Assembly (NCBI GenBank): GCA_963826525.1 | Contig: CAWGXH010000004.1 | Coordinates: 320,001-384,000 of the forward strand | DNA: 64,000 bases | Origin: an uncultured Methanomicrobiaceae archaeon | GTDB taxonomy: Archaea > Halobacteriota > Methanomicrobia > Methanomicrobiales > Methanoculleaceae | Reading direction: 5' to 3' | Part shown: piece after piece, positions 21,489 to 31,758 of the stretch | Layout of the letters: every line of letters begins with the position of its first letter | Numbering within the stretch: position 1 is the first letter of the stretch | Program-made: the position numbers and the translations under genes | Notes under the pieces: generated by a model | Database searches by the model: none | What the model was told of the DNA's origin: nothing | Seen by the model: only the letters and a program-made list of their open reading frames with translations

Positions 21489-22736
21489 ATGAAAGGAGAT
21501 ACCACTATTATCATCGGAGGCGGCCCTGCCGGACTCTTCTGCGCCCTGCAGGCAGCGGGAGACGCGCGAAAGGTGATCCTGCTTGAGAAGAAACGCTCCT
21601 GCGGCAGAAAACTCCTCCTCGCCGGATCGGGACAGTGCAATCTCACCCACGACGGAGAGATCGCCGGCTTTCTCTCCCACTACGGGGAGCACGGAGCGTT
21701 CCTTCGGCCTGCGCTCCTGAACTTCACGAACCGGGATCTTATCGCTTTCTTCGAGGAGCACGGGCTCGGGATGCGAGCCGAACCCGGTGGAAAAGTCTTC
21801 CCGGCATCACGGAGATCCTCGGATATCCTCGCCGTCCTCCTCAGGGACTGCGAGCGGCGGGGAGTCGAGATCCGCTGCAGCGAACCTGTGCTCTGTGTCA
21901 CACGAGGGGATGAGGGTTTTGCCGTTCAGTCCGGTGCGAACACGCTGCTTGCGGATACCCTTGTTATCGCCACGGGCGGCGCCTCCTATCCGGTCACCGG
22001 TTCAACCGGGGACGGGTACGCCCTTGCAGGGGAGCTCGGGCATACGATCACGGAGATTGCGCCTGCCCTCGCAGCGGTATATATCCGCGATTATCCGTTC
22101 ACCGACCTTGCAGGCATCTCGTTCACCGATCTTTCGATAGCGCTCTTCAGAGGCGGGAAAAAGATCCGCCAGCATACCGGCGACCTCCTGCTGACGCACA
22201 CGGGCCTATCAGGCCCCGGCATCCTCGATATCTCGCGGTATATCGCTCCAGGTGACCAGATCAGGGTCGCGTTTCTCCCGGGGATGAACCCGGATATGAT
22301 CAGGAGTACCGTGACCGCGACTATTGCAGCGAACGGTAGCCGCCTCGTGAAGACCGCCCTTACCGAGCTTCCTCTGCCCGAACGGTTCGCAAAGAGGCTG
22401 GTCGAACTCGCCGGGATCTCTCCTGATCTGAACGGTGCCAATCTCTCGAAGAAGGCGCGAAGCACACTCATCGCATCGCTCGCAGAGTATCCGTTCACTG
22501 TGCAGAGCCTCGCCGGCTTCGATGAGGCCATGGTTACACGGGGTGGGATCTCCCTCGCCGAGATCAATCAAAAAACCATGGAGTCGAGACTGGTGCCCCA
22601 CCTCTACTGCATCGGCGAAGTCCTTGACATCGACGGCGATACGGGCGGGTATAATCTGCAGGCGGCCTTCTCTACCGCAGCTCTCTGCCGCGCAGCATAT
22701 GGCCGGGAAGGGAACCCGCCGACCGTGAAGTCGTGA
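21489..22736 (+). CDS. HI0933/BaiN-family flavoprotein
   Basis: GGGPAG, GRKLLLAGSGQCNLT, ATGG.SYP.TGSTGDG, VTRGG, GEVLDIDGDTGGYNLQ. Confidence 0.92.
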   Translation: MKGDTTIIIGGGPAGLFCALQAAGDARKVILLEKKRSCGRKLLLAGSGQCNLTHDGEIAGFLSHYGEHGAFLRPALLNFTNRDLIAFFEEHGLGMRAEPGGKVFPASRRSSDILAVLLRDCERRGVEIRCSEPVLCVTRGDEGFAVQSGANTLLADTLVIATGGASYPVTGSTGDGYALAGELGHTITEIAPALAAVYIRDYPFTDLAGISFTDLSIALFRGGKKIRQHTGDLLLTHTGLSGPGILDISRYIAPGDQIRVAFLPGMNPDMIRSTVTATIAANGSRLVKTALTELPLPERFAKRLVELAGISPDLNGANLSKKARSTLIASLAEYPFTVQSLAGFDEAMVTRGGISLAEINQKTMESRLVPHLYCIGEVLDIDGDTGGYNLQAAFSTAALCRAAYGREGNPPTVKS

Positions 22737-23105
22737 GTGGAGAGCGCCCACCGACAGCCCCGCATGCCGCCGAAAAGGACACGCCGCTACGAAAAGAGCG
22801 CGTTCCGAAAGATCTCTTCTGCAGGAAGACCGGTGGCGCCGATATCTCCGTTGTAAGACAGCAGATTCAGGAGTTTGGGAACTGGAACATATAAACAGCC
22901 ATTTTAGTTTTTTCCACAGGACTGGTGAGAAAAACCGTCAGGAGCCACCCCACGGAGGACATAAAACCTCAGCAAGACGTAGCCGACTATAGAGAAGAAA
23001 TAGGCTACAATATAACTCAAATTCGACGATACCAAGGAATTTCTGAGAGAATCAAATAATAAGTTTCTAATACATTTATAGACATCAGAGATCTGAGCAG
23101 ATACC

Positions 23106-23649
23106 GTGATCGTGACCGTCCTTTCGGCAATCCTTCTCATCTCACTCATCACTCCGCAGGGAGTGCCCTTCTATTCGGATATCGGCCTTGAGAATGCAGA
23201 CAGTCTATCCCGATGCCACCATTCCGGCAGCCATTGCTGCCGCAGAAACCCCGGGGGTTCCCCCCGAGGAGTTCCTACGGGAAGTCGAGATAGAAACCAA
23301 CCGCTACATCGACGGGAAGCCGCGGTTCTTCCCGGTCGGGATCAATACAACCCTGCAGAACCGGATCGGCGACTGCACGGACCTCGCCCTGCTCCGCGTG
23401 GAGGTGCTCAGGGAAAACGGCGTCAGCGCCCGGCCGGTCCATGGCATCATGATCTGGGATACGAAGCGATTCAAGAGTGACGCTCTTCACCTCGAGTTCC
23501 GCGGGACCGCCGTCGGCATTCACGACTGGGTTGAACTCGACAGTGGCCGGACACTCGGCGCATACGAGGGAAGGGATGAGATCCGCTGTGTGAAGATCGG
23601 CAACGGCGTCTGCCTTCAGCCCATATTCCACCTCACGGGATATCTCTGA
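23106..23649 (+). CDS. Secreted transglutaminase-like domain protein (frameshift near 5' end)
   Basis: Hydrophobic N-terminus; GDCTD.A......RENGVSARPVHG and HDWVE motifs. Confidence 0.6.
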
Positions 23650-23661
23650 CGGCCGCAACAG

Positions 23662-24136
23662 TCATCTCTGCAGAATCGTCCCCGCAAACTCCTCGAGCTT
23701 CCGACCGTAGGTTCCGGCATCCACCTCATCTTTGAGGGTAACGGCGGAGGAGACAAAGCGCATTCCCTTCTTCGTAAGCCAGTCCCTGACGGCACGAACG
23801 GCACTCTCCGCGCCCGAACCCTTCATCTCCACGAGCACCGATAACGGTTTTCCGGCGCAGTTCGAGAGCTCCGAGAGGTATTCATTGACATAGGGCGGAA
23901 CTTTTTGTGCCCAGACGGGCATTGCGATAATGAGATGATCGACATCAGAGAGAGCAGCATCGAGCGGCCCTATCGCCGCCTTCATTCCGAGCGTGGCTCG
24001 CATTGCTTTCCCGAACATGCCCGACTCGGCGACGGGCTCTATCCCTGCAGTTCTTCTGCATGAAGCACTCTGCCAGCGCCGTCGCTACCGTCTCTGTATG
24101 CCCCTGCCAGGGGTAGTATACGATCCGTACCTTCAC
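23662..24136 (-). CDS. Flavodoxin-like protein (frameshifted)
   Basis: IVYY.WQGHTETVA and IIAMPVW...PPYV motifs in two frames. Confidence 0.7.
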
Positions 24137-24243
24137 GACAGTCTCCTCACCGGCGGCAGTATGGCGCCCGGTACTGATAAAGCGCTCCCGATCGGGGGAA
24201 ACGATACAGAGCGTAAACAGGAGAGAGGCAGCGGGAGCCCGCC

Positions 24244-24927
24244 CTACAGGCACGCACGGAGCGGACAGGCGGAGCGGTCTGCACCTCTCCGATAGTAGCG
24301 TTTTGCGTGTTCGACGAGGAGGGCGTGGTACTCCTGGTAAACAGGGAGATCGGGTGCGAGATTCTCTTCAACAAGATCACGGATACGATCGTAATCGGCC
24401 TTCTCTTCGATCAGCCCGAGTGTACCGAAGATCCGCCGGGTATAGGCATCGACCACGAATATCGGGACGTGAAAGGCATAGAGCAGCATCGAGTCCGCCG
24501 TCTCCCGCCCAACCCCGTGAACCGCGAGGAGCTCTTCCCGGGCAGGAGTGGTGCTGCCAAGCGAGAGGAAAAACTCGGCAAACTCCCGTAACTTTCGTGC
24601 TTTCTGATTATAGTATCCCGCCGGTCTGACGGTTGCTTTCAGGGTCGCATCGTCAAGCTCGCTGAGCCGCAGCGGGTCGAGGGCGCCGATGCTGTGGAGG
24701 GAGGAAAGCGCCCGCTCCACGTTCATCCAGTTGGTATTCTGCGTCAGGATTGCCCCGGCACAGACCTCGAAGATCTGCGACCGGGTCTCTGGCAGGTCGT
24801 AACGGAGCGGGTGGTAGCCCCGCCGGCTTCCGGTCTTTGCGGGCTCTCTGCCCCCCTCATAGTCAAGGAGCGGCCACCATCCCTGCGGCCCGTAGCGTCC
24901 GTAGAGTCTCATGATAGATCCGCTCAA
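24244..24927 (-). CDS. Endonuclease III-related HhH-GPD DNA glycosylase
   Basis: GPQGWWP, GAILTQNTNW, LLAVHGVGRETADS, FVVDAYTRR, YQEYHALLV. Confidence 0.9.
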   Translation of the reverse strand: MSGSIMRLYGRYGPQGWWPLLDYEGGREPAKTGSRRGYHPLRYDLPETRSQIFEVCAGAILTQNTNWMNVERALSSLHSIGALDPLRLSELDDATLKATVRPAGYYNQKARKLREFAEFFLSLGSTTPAREELLAVHGVGRETADSMLLYAFHVPIFVVDAYTRRIFGTLGLIEEKADYDRIRDLVEENLAPDLPVYQEYHALLVEHAKRYYRRGADRSACPLRACL

Positions 24928-25187
24928 CGCAATGCATGGGTATTGTCACGTACACTCTTCTCCTGCGGTCGAAAAACCTGTCGTTCCGGACGGGTGCCGA
25001 CACGGGTGCCCGTGCCCGGAGCGAACGATCGGGAGCGCCGGGAAAAGGGCTGAAGGAGAGCGTGCAAACTGAGTTGCCTGCTCGCACACCGAACGGATAT
25101 ATATCCCTTGAAGATACATCTGTACGTTTGACGAGCCTGAACGCTTGCACAAAATCTGCGGATCTATACTATCAGGGAGTGGATATC

Positions 25188-25514
25188 CTGACCGAGAACG
25201 AGAGGAAGAAACCCGCTGCCGGGGCAGGGGGAGAAGGGGAAGAGATCATTCGCGTACGGCTCCCGAACAAGCGAAACGGGGAGACGTTCGGAAACGCAGA
25301 GCTGATGCTCGGTGCGAACCACATCAAGGTGCGCTGCTTCGACGGCGTCACGCGAACGGGAAGGATCAAGGGCAAGATCAAAAAGAAAGTCTGGATTCGG
25401 GAAGGAGACGTCCTCATCGTCGTGCCCTGGAGTTTCCAGGACGAAAAGTGCGACATCATCTACCGGTACACCAAACCACAGATCGAGTGGCTCCGTAGAA
25501 ACAGGTATCTCTAA
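25188..25514 (+). CDS. eif1a: Translation initiation factor aIF-1A
   Basis: RVRLP, MLGANHIKVRCFDG.TR.GRIKGKIKKKVWIREGD..IV.PW.FQ; start CTG 25188 or GTG 25179. Confidence 0.93.
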   Translation: MTENERKKPAAGAGGEGEEIIRVRLPNKRNGETFGNAELMLGANHIKVRCFDGVTRTGRIKGKIKKKVWIREGDVLIVVPWSFQDEKCDIIYRYTKPQIEWLRRNRYL

Positions 25515-25613
25515 CGATACACGACCGTTTTTATCATTTCAATTCTTTTTCGGAAGAAACACGGCGACACTGCCCGGGTAGTGCGGCAGGCGCAAGCGAA
25601 AAAAGAGTATCGA

Positions 25614-26387
25614 TTATATATTGTGTATCCGGACGGTATACGACTTAATAATCAGCCGCTCAACATTCTCCAGCGTATACGTGTTCGAGCCAGGTGTGGT
25701 CTCGGTCATTCCCAGGGTTCCCGTCAGGTAATTCTTCCACCCGACAGACAGGTCGTTGTCGGAATCGGGAGTATACCCGATGGTGACGGTCATGCCGGGA
25801 GCCGAGTGGGTCCGTTCCACAGGAGCGGGCACCGGGTCTACAAGGCTCATCTGCACCGTGCTCATCCCGCTTGTCGAGATCGCCTCAGCTGCATCAAACT
25901 CGATCATAAAGATGACCAGCGTCTTCGTCTGCTCGTCGTAGAACCATCGCGGTTCGGCGAGGATAGTCGACCCCTGCTGCCCTTCCTGACGCGTCAGGAC
26001 CGCACCGTTCTCAAGGGTAATCACCTCAGAACCCCGGTCAGAATGGTAGCGAAGTTCCCCGAGGAATATCTCTCCGGTAGAGTAGCCATCCGAGGTGCTG
26101 ATATCGAAGGACGGCGGCGACGGACTCGCATCCGCCACCGAGAGCGTCCCGCCGCTCACCTGCAGCGTCGTCTCCTCGTACGGGACGGTCTTATAGCAGA
26201 GGCTCTTGACATCGTTCTGAAGAACGATCATCCCCCGTTCCATGTTCCGGATATCCGTGTTGGTCTGCTCTTTGAGGAGCACGGGGTATCCGTAGAGCGT
26301 CACCAGGGCGATGCTGCTGACCATCACCCCGAGGATCAGGACAAAACCGATCGCTTCGGAGACCGCTCGATCATTCATTCCCTTCAC
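25614..26387 (-). CDS. Prepilin-like protein (class III signal peptide)
   Basis: NDRA|VSEAIGFVLILG hydrophobic N-terminus; YHSD...LENGAV; Ser/Thr-rich beta body. Confidence 0.7.
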   Translation of the reverse strand: MKGMNDRAVSEAIGFVLILGVMVSSIALVTLYGYPVLLKEQTNTDIRNMERGMIVLQNDVKSLCYKTVPYEETTLQVSGGTLSVADASPSPPSFDISTSDGYSTGEIFLGELRYHSDRGSEVITLENGAVLTRQEGQQGSTILAEPRWFYDEQTKTLVIFMIEFDAAEAISTSGMSTVQMSLVDPVPAPVERTHSAPGMTVTIGYTPDSDNDLSVGWKNYLTGTLGMTETTPGSNTYTLENVERLIIKSYTVRIHNI

Positions 26388-26399
26388 AGCACATTCCTC

Positions 26400-26834
26400 C
26401 TAAAACCCTTTCCAGTCATATTCAATGATGTTCCACCCGGCACCGGTCGTATTTCCGGTCACTCTCATCGTCGCCCCGATACCGGCGACCGAGATGCGAC
26501 TCCGGATATCGCCGTTGCTCACCTGGATCTGCTGATCAGCTCCCGTCAGAGCCGCTTCCACCAGGTAATCCCTCCCGGCAACATCGTCAGGGATATCGAA
26601 GCGGGTGGAGATGCTTCCGTTAGTGGGGGCGATAACATACATATCCACAATACGGGTGCTGATGCCGTTGCCGATATCCACGAATGCATGGTACTGCAGA
26701 TTATCGGCCGGCCCTTCCATGAAGACAGCATTGACCGTGAACATGACCACCACCATCAGGACGAGGAGCACGCCCGAGAAGGTCAGGTACTCCATCAGGT
26801 TCGTCACGCCGTCGTCAGAAGTATGCAGTTTCAT
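26400..26834 (-). CDS. Prepilin-like protein
   Basis: DDG|VTNLMEYLTFSGVLLVLM; IPDDVAGRDY motif. Confidence 0.65.
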   Translation of the reverse strand: MKLHTSDDGVTNLMEYLTFSGVLLVLMVVVMFTVNAVFMEGPADNLQYHAFVDIGNGISTRIVDMYVIAPTNGSISTRFDIPDDVAGRDYLVEAALTGADQQIQVSNGDIRSRISVAGIGATMRVTGNTTGAGWNIIEYDWKGF

Positions 26835-27199
26835 CGGTACTCGGTCACCCCGTTGTTGTAGTGTAACTCTATCCGGTAGTGCACCCCGGGGATCGGTTCG
26901 GGGGGAGCCGTCAGGGAGAAATCGACGACGGCATTTTTCCGGGCGAGGGCAAGCGCGATGATATCATTCCTGACATCGGTTTGTGTTCCCGAGGGGAGCG
27001 ATCCCCACACCCCGGCCAGGTCGTCCATCTCGCTGCGCAGGTCGCGGATATCGCTCTTCGGAAACTCAAGGACGCTCTCGGCCGTCGTCTGCCCGACGAG
27101 TGCGGACTGGTTGATGATCAGCGCCAGGAAAAACATCCCGACGGCAACGAGCAACCCCATGAGCACGATCCACTGTCCGTCTTCGTTCAGCCTCGCCAC
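26831..27199 (-). CDS. Prepilin-like protein
   Basis: GTG start; NEDG|QWIVLMGLLVAVGMFFLALIIN; ends YNNGVTEYR; stop overlaps next start. Confidence 0.65.
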   Translation of the reverse strand: MARLNEDGQWIVLMGLLVAVGMFFLALIINQSALVGQTTAESVLEFPKSDIRDLRSEMDDLAGVWGSLPSGTQTDVRNDIIALALARKNAVVDFSLTAPPEPIPGVHYRIELHYNNGVTEYR

Positions 27200-27702
27200 A
27201 CGAGCACCTCCACAAGAACCACAGGATAGGGATCCCTCATTGTGCCCGGTACACCCGCCGCGGTTGGGCGTGCATTCAACTGCACCCACCGGCTTACACG
27301 AACGGCAGACTCTCTCCCGGTTGAAACATCAGACGCCCCGAAGGGGTAGCTCTTGATCTCGTCGGTGGATTGGTCGCAGTAGAAGATGGCTGCACTCATG
27401 TGCAGGTTGTCGTCGGAACCCCCTGCCCGAAGTGTAATGTTATTGAGGAACATCGTCCGAAACCCGGCTCCGTCATTCAAACGGACAGACGAATGCAATG
27501 GACTTTCAGCCCCGTCGGCATCCGGCGTATCCATCATCGCAAGCGCGTCGCTCGCGAGCTGTTCAAGCTGCATATCGGTGATGTGGGTATCGCCCGGCGT
27601 GTAGACGCTCGTCGTGTTCAGGACGAAGTACGCCGTTATGATCATAACGAGCCCCGCCGCGACGGCCTCCATCGTATAGAGTTGTCCAGAATCGTTTACC
27701 AT
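27187..27702 (-). CDS. Prepilin-like protein
   Basis: NDSG|QLYTMEAVAAGLVMII; ends VEVLVWRG. Confidence 0.7.
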   Translation of the reverse strand: MVNDSGQLYTMEAVAAGLVMIITAYFVLNTTSVYTPGDTHITDMQLEQLASDALAMMDTPDADGAESPLHSSVRLNDGAGFRTMFLNNITLRAGGSDDNLHMSAAIFYCDQSTDEIKSYPFGASDVSTGRESAVRVSRWVQLNARPTAAGVPGTMRDPYPVVLVEVLVWRG

Positions 27703-28684
27703 ACCGCCACCTCCAGGGCGCCCTGAGCGAGCGCAGGTTGGGTCATGTTGTGATAGTCATAGAGGTGTATGCCGCTGAGCCGTGTCTGCGGGGGCGTGTC
27801 GTCGAACGTATAGGTGATGCCAAGGATGCTGTTCTGGTCCAGGGGAAGCGTAGCCAGCCATGCAGGCTCCAGTCGCAGATAGATGGTATCGGCAGCGGCG
27901 ACCGGCGAGTCCGCGGGGTGAGGTTGGCCGAAGTTCCGCCGATGAAGAACTGATACTTCGCGGAGTCTTCAGCCGTGTATTCGGGCAGGTTGAGCGTCAC
28001 GCCGTTCTTTGAGAGGCGCACCTTCTGGAGCGTGGCGTTGAGACTACCCACTGTGAGAGAGGCGGCGAAATTGGTGATCCTGACGATAACCGGCTCCGCT
28101 CTCGGATCGATCCGGTACGCAGGCCCAATCGTCGGGTCGAGCAGTTCGGCGTAGTCCAGCTGCACCGTGAAGGTCTGTGTCGCTGAAGCTGCCGTATGAA
28201 CGGAGCTGTCGACCGTCAGGGTAGCCGGCTCCTTGATCATGACGACACGGCGGATATAGCCGTACCCCTGCGGCCGCTCGGCCCCGACAAACTGCACCGA
28301 GCCGCCCGACCTCATCAGCGAGATATTGAAGGAGTAGGGGTAGTCACCGAAGATGGCCCGGTCGTGGTAGTCGTCCGGGTAGGAGAAAAGGCCGCCATCG
28401 AAGAAAGCATCTACTTTCTCGGATGAGAGGACATTCGGCGTCTCGCGGGATACCGCAAGCCCGATCCGGTCTATCTGATCCGTATCCGCCGCACCGTACT
28501 GCTCCCACGCCGGGTAGAGCGGCCAGCCCGGATCTTCGGCAAGAATGACACCCGTACGGTATGCGACGGCATCATAGTCGATGCCGCTGCTCTGCAGGCC
28601 GACCAGAAGACCGGGAACAAGGCTGACCACGATGATCAGCGCAAGCATGAAGATGGTAAACCCGGCCAGGAAGTCGAGCGACAT
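27696..28684 (-). CDS. Large prepilin-like protein (frameshift near 27910; start probably slightly upstream of 28684)
   Basis: In-frame upstream GDDG|SMSLDFLAGFTIF; LAEDPGW motif; alternate frame ends QPALAQGALEVAVW* at 27696. Confidence 0.65.
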
Positions 28685-28701
28685 CGAGCCGTCATCACCG
28701 G

Positions 28702-29287
28702 TTACGCCGATGGTATCACTTCCCCGGTCGCAGCCAGGAACTCCAGCGTCTCAAACTCGGCACCGGAGCGGATTGTCAGCACGTACTCTGCTCCCGTGAG
28801 CGTAAGGTCGCCGACACCGGTTCCGTGCCGCCTGAGTGCATCCTCGATCACCGCCCGGTTCCGGCCATACAGCTCTCCGGGCATCACGACATCATCGAAG
28901 GCAATCTCATCTGCCGGTAGCGGTGCAGATAAGGAGAGTTCCTGCATCCCCTCCCGGCCATAGACGAGCCAGATCGGTATATCCCCCTGACTTACCCCGA
29001 GCACCCAGCTGCGCGCCCGGCCGTCCGATCCGAGATCGATACCCTCAACCCGGTGTACGGCAGTGGCTAAACCGTTGAGCGAGTGATCGGCCTGCCAGGT
29101 ATCGAGCGTCGCAAGTGCCTCATCGAGCCCCACCTTCGGCTCCGGGTGTCCCGGGGTGATCTCAGTAATCCCCCCCTCGACACCCGACGGCGGTGCTACC
29201 GCCGTCTGAAGGTCGGTACACCCTGCGGTACAGCAGACTAATAACGATAATTGCCATGAGAACTGAGATGGCTCCTGGAACGTTCAT
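28702..29287 (-). CDS. Putative lipoprotein heading the prepilin operon (frameshift in signal peptide)
   Basis: MNVPGAISVLMAII... then CCTAGCT lipobox in frame with ORF 28702..29133. Confidence 0.55.
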
Positions 29288-29925
29288 CTACAGTCAGTTC
29301 ATTGTACAGAAGTAATATAAATAACCAGATCATTGGAGGTTCGCGGATTGAGGCTCGTTGGGGAAAAGAAAGATTATTTACCGATATTTGAGAGCAAATC
29401 GCTAGATCGGTGGTTTTCCCGGTAAACACGAAAGATTCAACACCCCTTCCGGTGTCTACCAACGGGAGCACACCCTGAGCTGAGAGCGGAAGGTCGTAAA
29501 TCATCATAAGCGGTGAGTTGCATCAGGCTCATCCGGATTAATGAGCACTACCCACTCACAAGAAGATCGCCTTGAGGCTTTCCGGCAGGAGGGAATAGAC
29601 CTTTTCCGGGGCTCTTTTCCGCTGCTCGATTACCGGCCCTGCTTTTTTATCCAAATCGAGGTTCCATTCCCGGACACATTTTTCAGCAGGCTCAAGGGCG
29701 CGGGGACCCCGGTTGCCGCCCGGTTTCACGGTCACGTCCCCCCCCGGATCGGCTGTAGCGGTAGGCGGGAGAGTCAGTCTTCCCGGGAAGAAACGGCAGC
29801 GGCACGTCGTGCCATGAGATCTGCCACCAGTCACGGAGAGGTGCGCCCGGAACGACACTCCGGGAACTCCGAGAGATCTCACCCGGGGTGATCTCGCGGC
29901 AGAAAAAAGTAAAGATGGGGAGATG

Positions 29926-31185
29926 TCAGTCAAGAGTGTGAATGACAAGCCCGCTTAAGAGCTTTGGCTCAAACCAGGTCGATTTCGGCGGCATCACCCC
30001 GTCCCTGTCGGCAATGGCAAGGACGGTCTCGATCTTCACCGGCTGCATGGCGACAGCGAAGGCGAACTTACCGGAGTCTACCATCTTTTCAAGCCCGGAG
30101 AGCGGCTTTGCCCCGCCCATATAGTGGAGACGGGAGTCGCCACGCGGATCGCTGATGCCGAGGATAGCATCCATCACGTCGCGCTGCAGGACGCTCACGT
30201 CGAGCGATCCTATCAGGTCCTCGGGAGATGCGACCGGGCGTGCAGACTCGTACCACATCCCGCCCAGGTACATATGCATGACATGCATCGGCACGGCCGC
30301 TGCAGTCTTCGGCGGAATCTGGTAGCCGGAGCCGTCGACCGCACCGTAGGGGGTGATCTTCCACGAGTAGGAGATCTTTTTGAGGAACCCGTCGGGAGTG
30401 TTCCCGCCAAGATCGGTGACGAGGCGGCTGTACCCGTGGATATCGACGCGGTTGTGGGCAAAGAGCACGACCATAAACCGCCCCGCCTCCTCCGTGAACC
30501 GTCCCTCGGCACGCCGCCGTTCCGCCACGTTCACCGCGGATTTTGCACGGTGATGACCATCGGCGATGTAGAGCTCCGAAACGCCGGAGAAGAGTTTTTC
30601 AAGCCGGGCGAGGGAGGCCTCGTCACTGATCCGGTAGATCTGGTGCAGCACACCCTGGTCGGTCGTCATGCTCCCGTCCGGTTCGATATTCGGGATAAGC
30701 GATGCAACGTAGGGGAATATGTCGGCGGTGTCGCGGTATAACAGAAATACAAGACCCGTATTGGCATTGACCGCGTCGATATGCCGGGTGCGGTCTTCCT
30801 CCTTGTCGTACCGCGTCAGTTCGTGCCGCCGGATGCTCCGGTTCTCGTAGTCCCCGGTCGAGACACAGCAGACGAGGCCGATGAACTCCTCGCCCTCCTG
30901 TACGGCCCGATAGACGTACAGCCCCGGCTCCGGGTCACGCACGAAGAGCCCGTCCGCAGTCATCCGGCCGAATATCTCGGCCGCCCGCTGATAGACGCGA
31001 TCGTCGTTCGCTGGAAGATCGGGCAATTCGGCATCGGGTCTGCTTACCCGCAGAAAACTCAGTGGGTTCTTCTCAATACACACCCGTGCCTCTTCTGCCG
31101 TCACAACGTCGTAGGGTACCGACGGGATGCGGGCTGAAAATTCCTGTTCCGGGTGAACTCCTGCAAATCGATAGATCCTTACCAT
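29926..31185 (-). CDS. DUF1015 family protein
   Basis: PYDVV, NPLSFL, IRRHELTR, YIADGHHR, MPPKSTWFEPKL.SG. Confidence 0.9.
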   Translation of the reverse strand: MVRIYRFAGVHPEQEFSARIPSVPYDVVTAEEARVCIEKNPLSFLRVSRPDAELPDLPANDDRVYQRAAEIFGRMTADGLFVRDPEPGLYVYRAVQEGEEFIGLVCCVSTGDYENRSIRRHELTRYDKEEDRTRHIDAVNANTGLVFLLYRDTADIFPYVASLIPNIEPDGSMTTDQGVLHQIYRISDEASLARLEKLFSGVSELYIADGHHRAKSAVNVAERRRAEGRFTEEAGRFMVVLFAHNRVDIHGYSRLVTDLGGNTPDGFLKKISYSWKITPYGAVDGSGYQIPPKTAAAVPMHVMHMYLGGMWYESARPVASPEDLIGSLDVSVLQRDVMDAILGISDPRGDSRLHYMGGAKPLSGLEKMVDSGKFAFAVAMQPVKIETVLAIADRDGVMPPKSTWFEPKLLSGLVIHTLD

Positions 31186-31283
31186 GAAGACCGCCACTCG
31201 TTCTGTGCCTAGTATTTTGTTCTCTGACACTATATTAGATCAGGCATCGAGAGCAGAAAAGGGGGAGAAGAACGCACTTATCC

Positions 31284-31748
31284 ATGCTGCCACATGAACT
31301 CGTCATTCGCAGGGCACAACCTGCCGATATCCCCGAGATAGCAACGATTGAGCGGGAAGCCTTTCCGGATCCATGGGATGAGCGGACACTGCACGAAGCG
31401 CTTGCCATCTATCCGGGGCAGTTTTTCGCCGCGCGGAGGAATGGCCAGGTGCTCGGGTTCATAGCCGGGGGTCTTGAGGATTCCGGCGAGGAACTCTACG
31501 GACATATCATGAATCTTGCCGTCGCTCCTGCCTGCAGAGGCCAGGGCATAGGTGGCCTGCTCGTCAGGAGGCTTGAGCAGCAGTTTGCACTCGAAGGCGC
31601 GGCCGGTGTGCAGCTCGAGGTCAGGGTTTCCAACGCCGGCGCGCAGCATTTTTATCGGCGGCAGGGGTACCAGGAGGTCTTTTCAGTCGCCGGATACTAC
31701 GGAAACGGCGAAGATGCCCTCATCATGATGAAGTGGTTCCGGTTCTAA
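31284..31748 (+). CDS. rimI: RimI/Ard1-like N-terminal acetyltransferase (GNAT)
   Basis: HIMNLAV...RGQGIG, LEVRVSN..AQHFY, YYGNGEDA. Confidence 0.85.
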   Translation: MLPHELVIRRAQPADIPEIATIEREAFPDPWDERTLHEALAIYPGQFFAARRNGQVLGFIAGGLEDSGEELYGHIMNLAVAPACRGQGIGGLLVRRLEQQFALEGAAGVQLEVRVSNAGAQHFYRRQGYQEVFSVAGYYGNGEDALIMMKWFRF

Positions 31749-31758
31749 AAGAGGGGAG

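Noticed and set aside
22904-23152. 82-aa minus-strand ORF in an AT-rich patch
   Set aside because: No motif, overlaps the start of the opposite gene, and cannot be supported
29560-29900. Possible RNase P or SRP RNA in the long GC-rich spacer
   Set aside because: No GAGGAAAGTCC P4 motif or SRP helix-8 motif found on either strand
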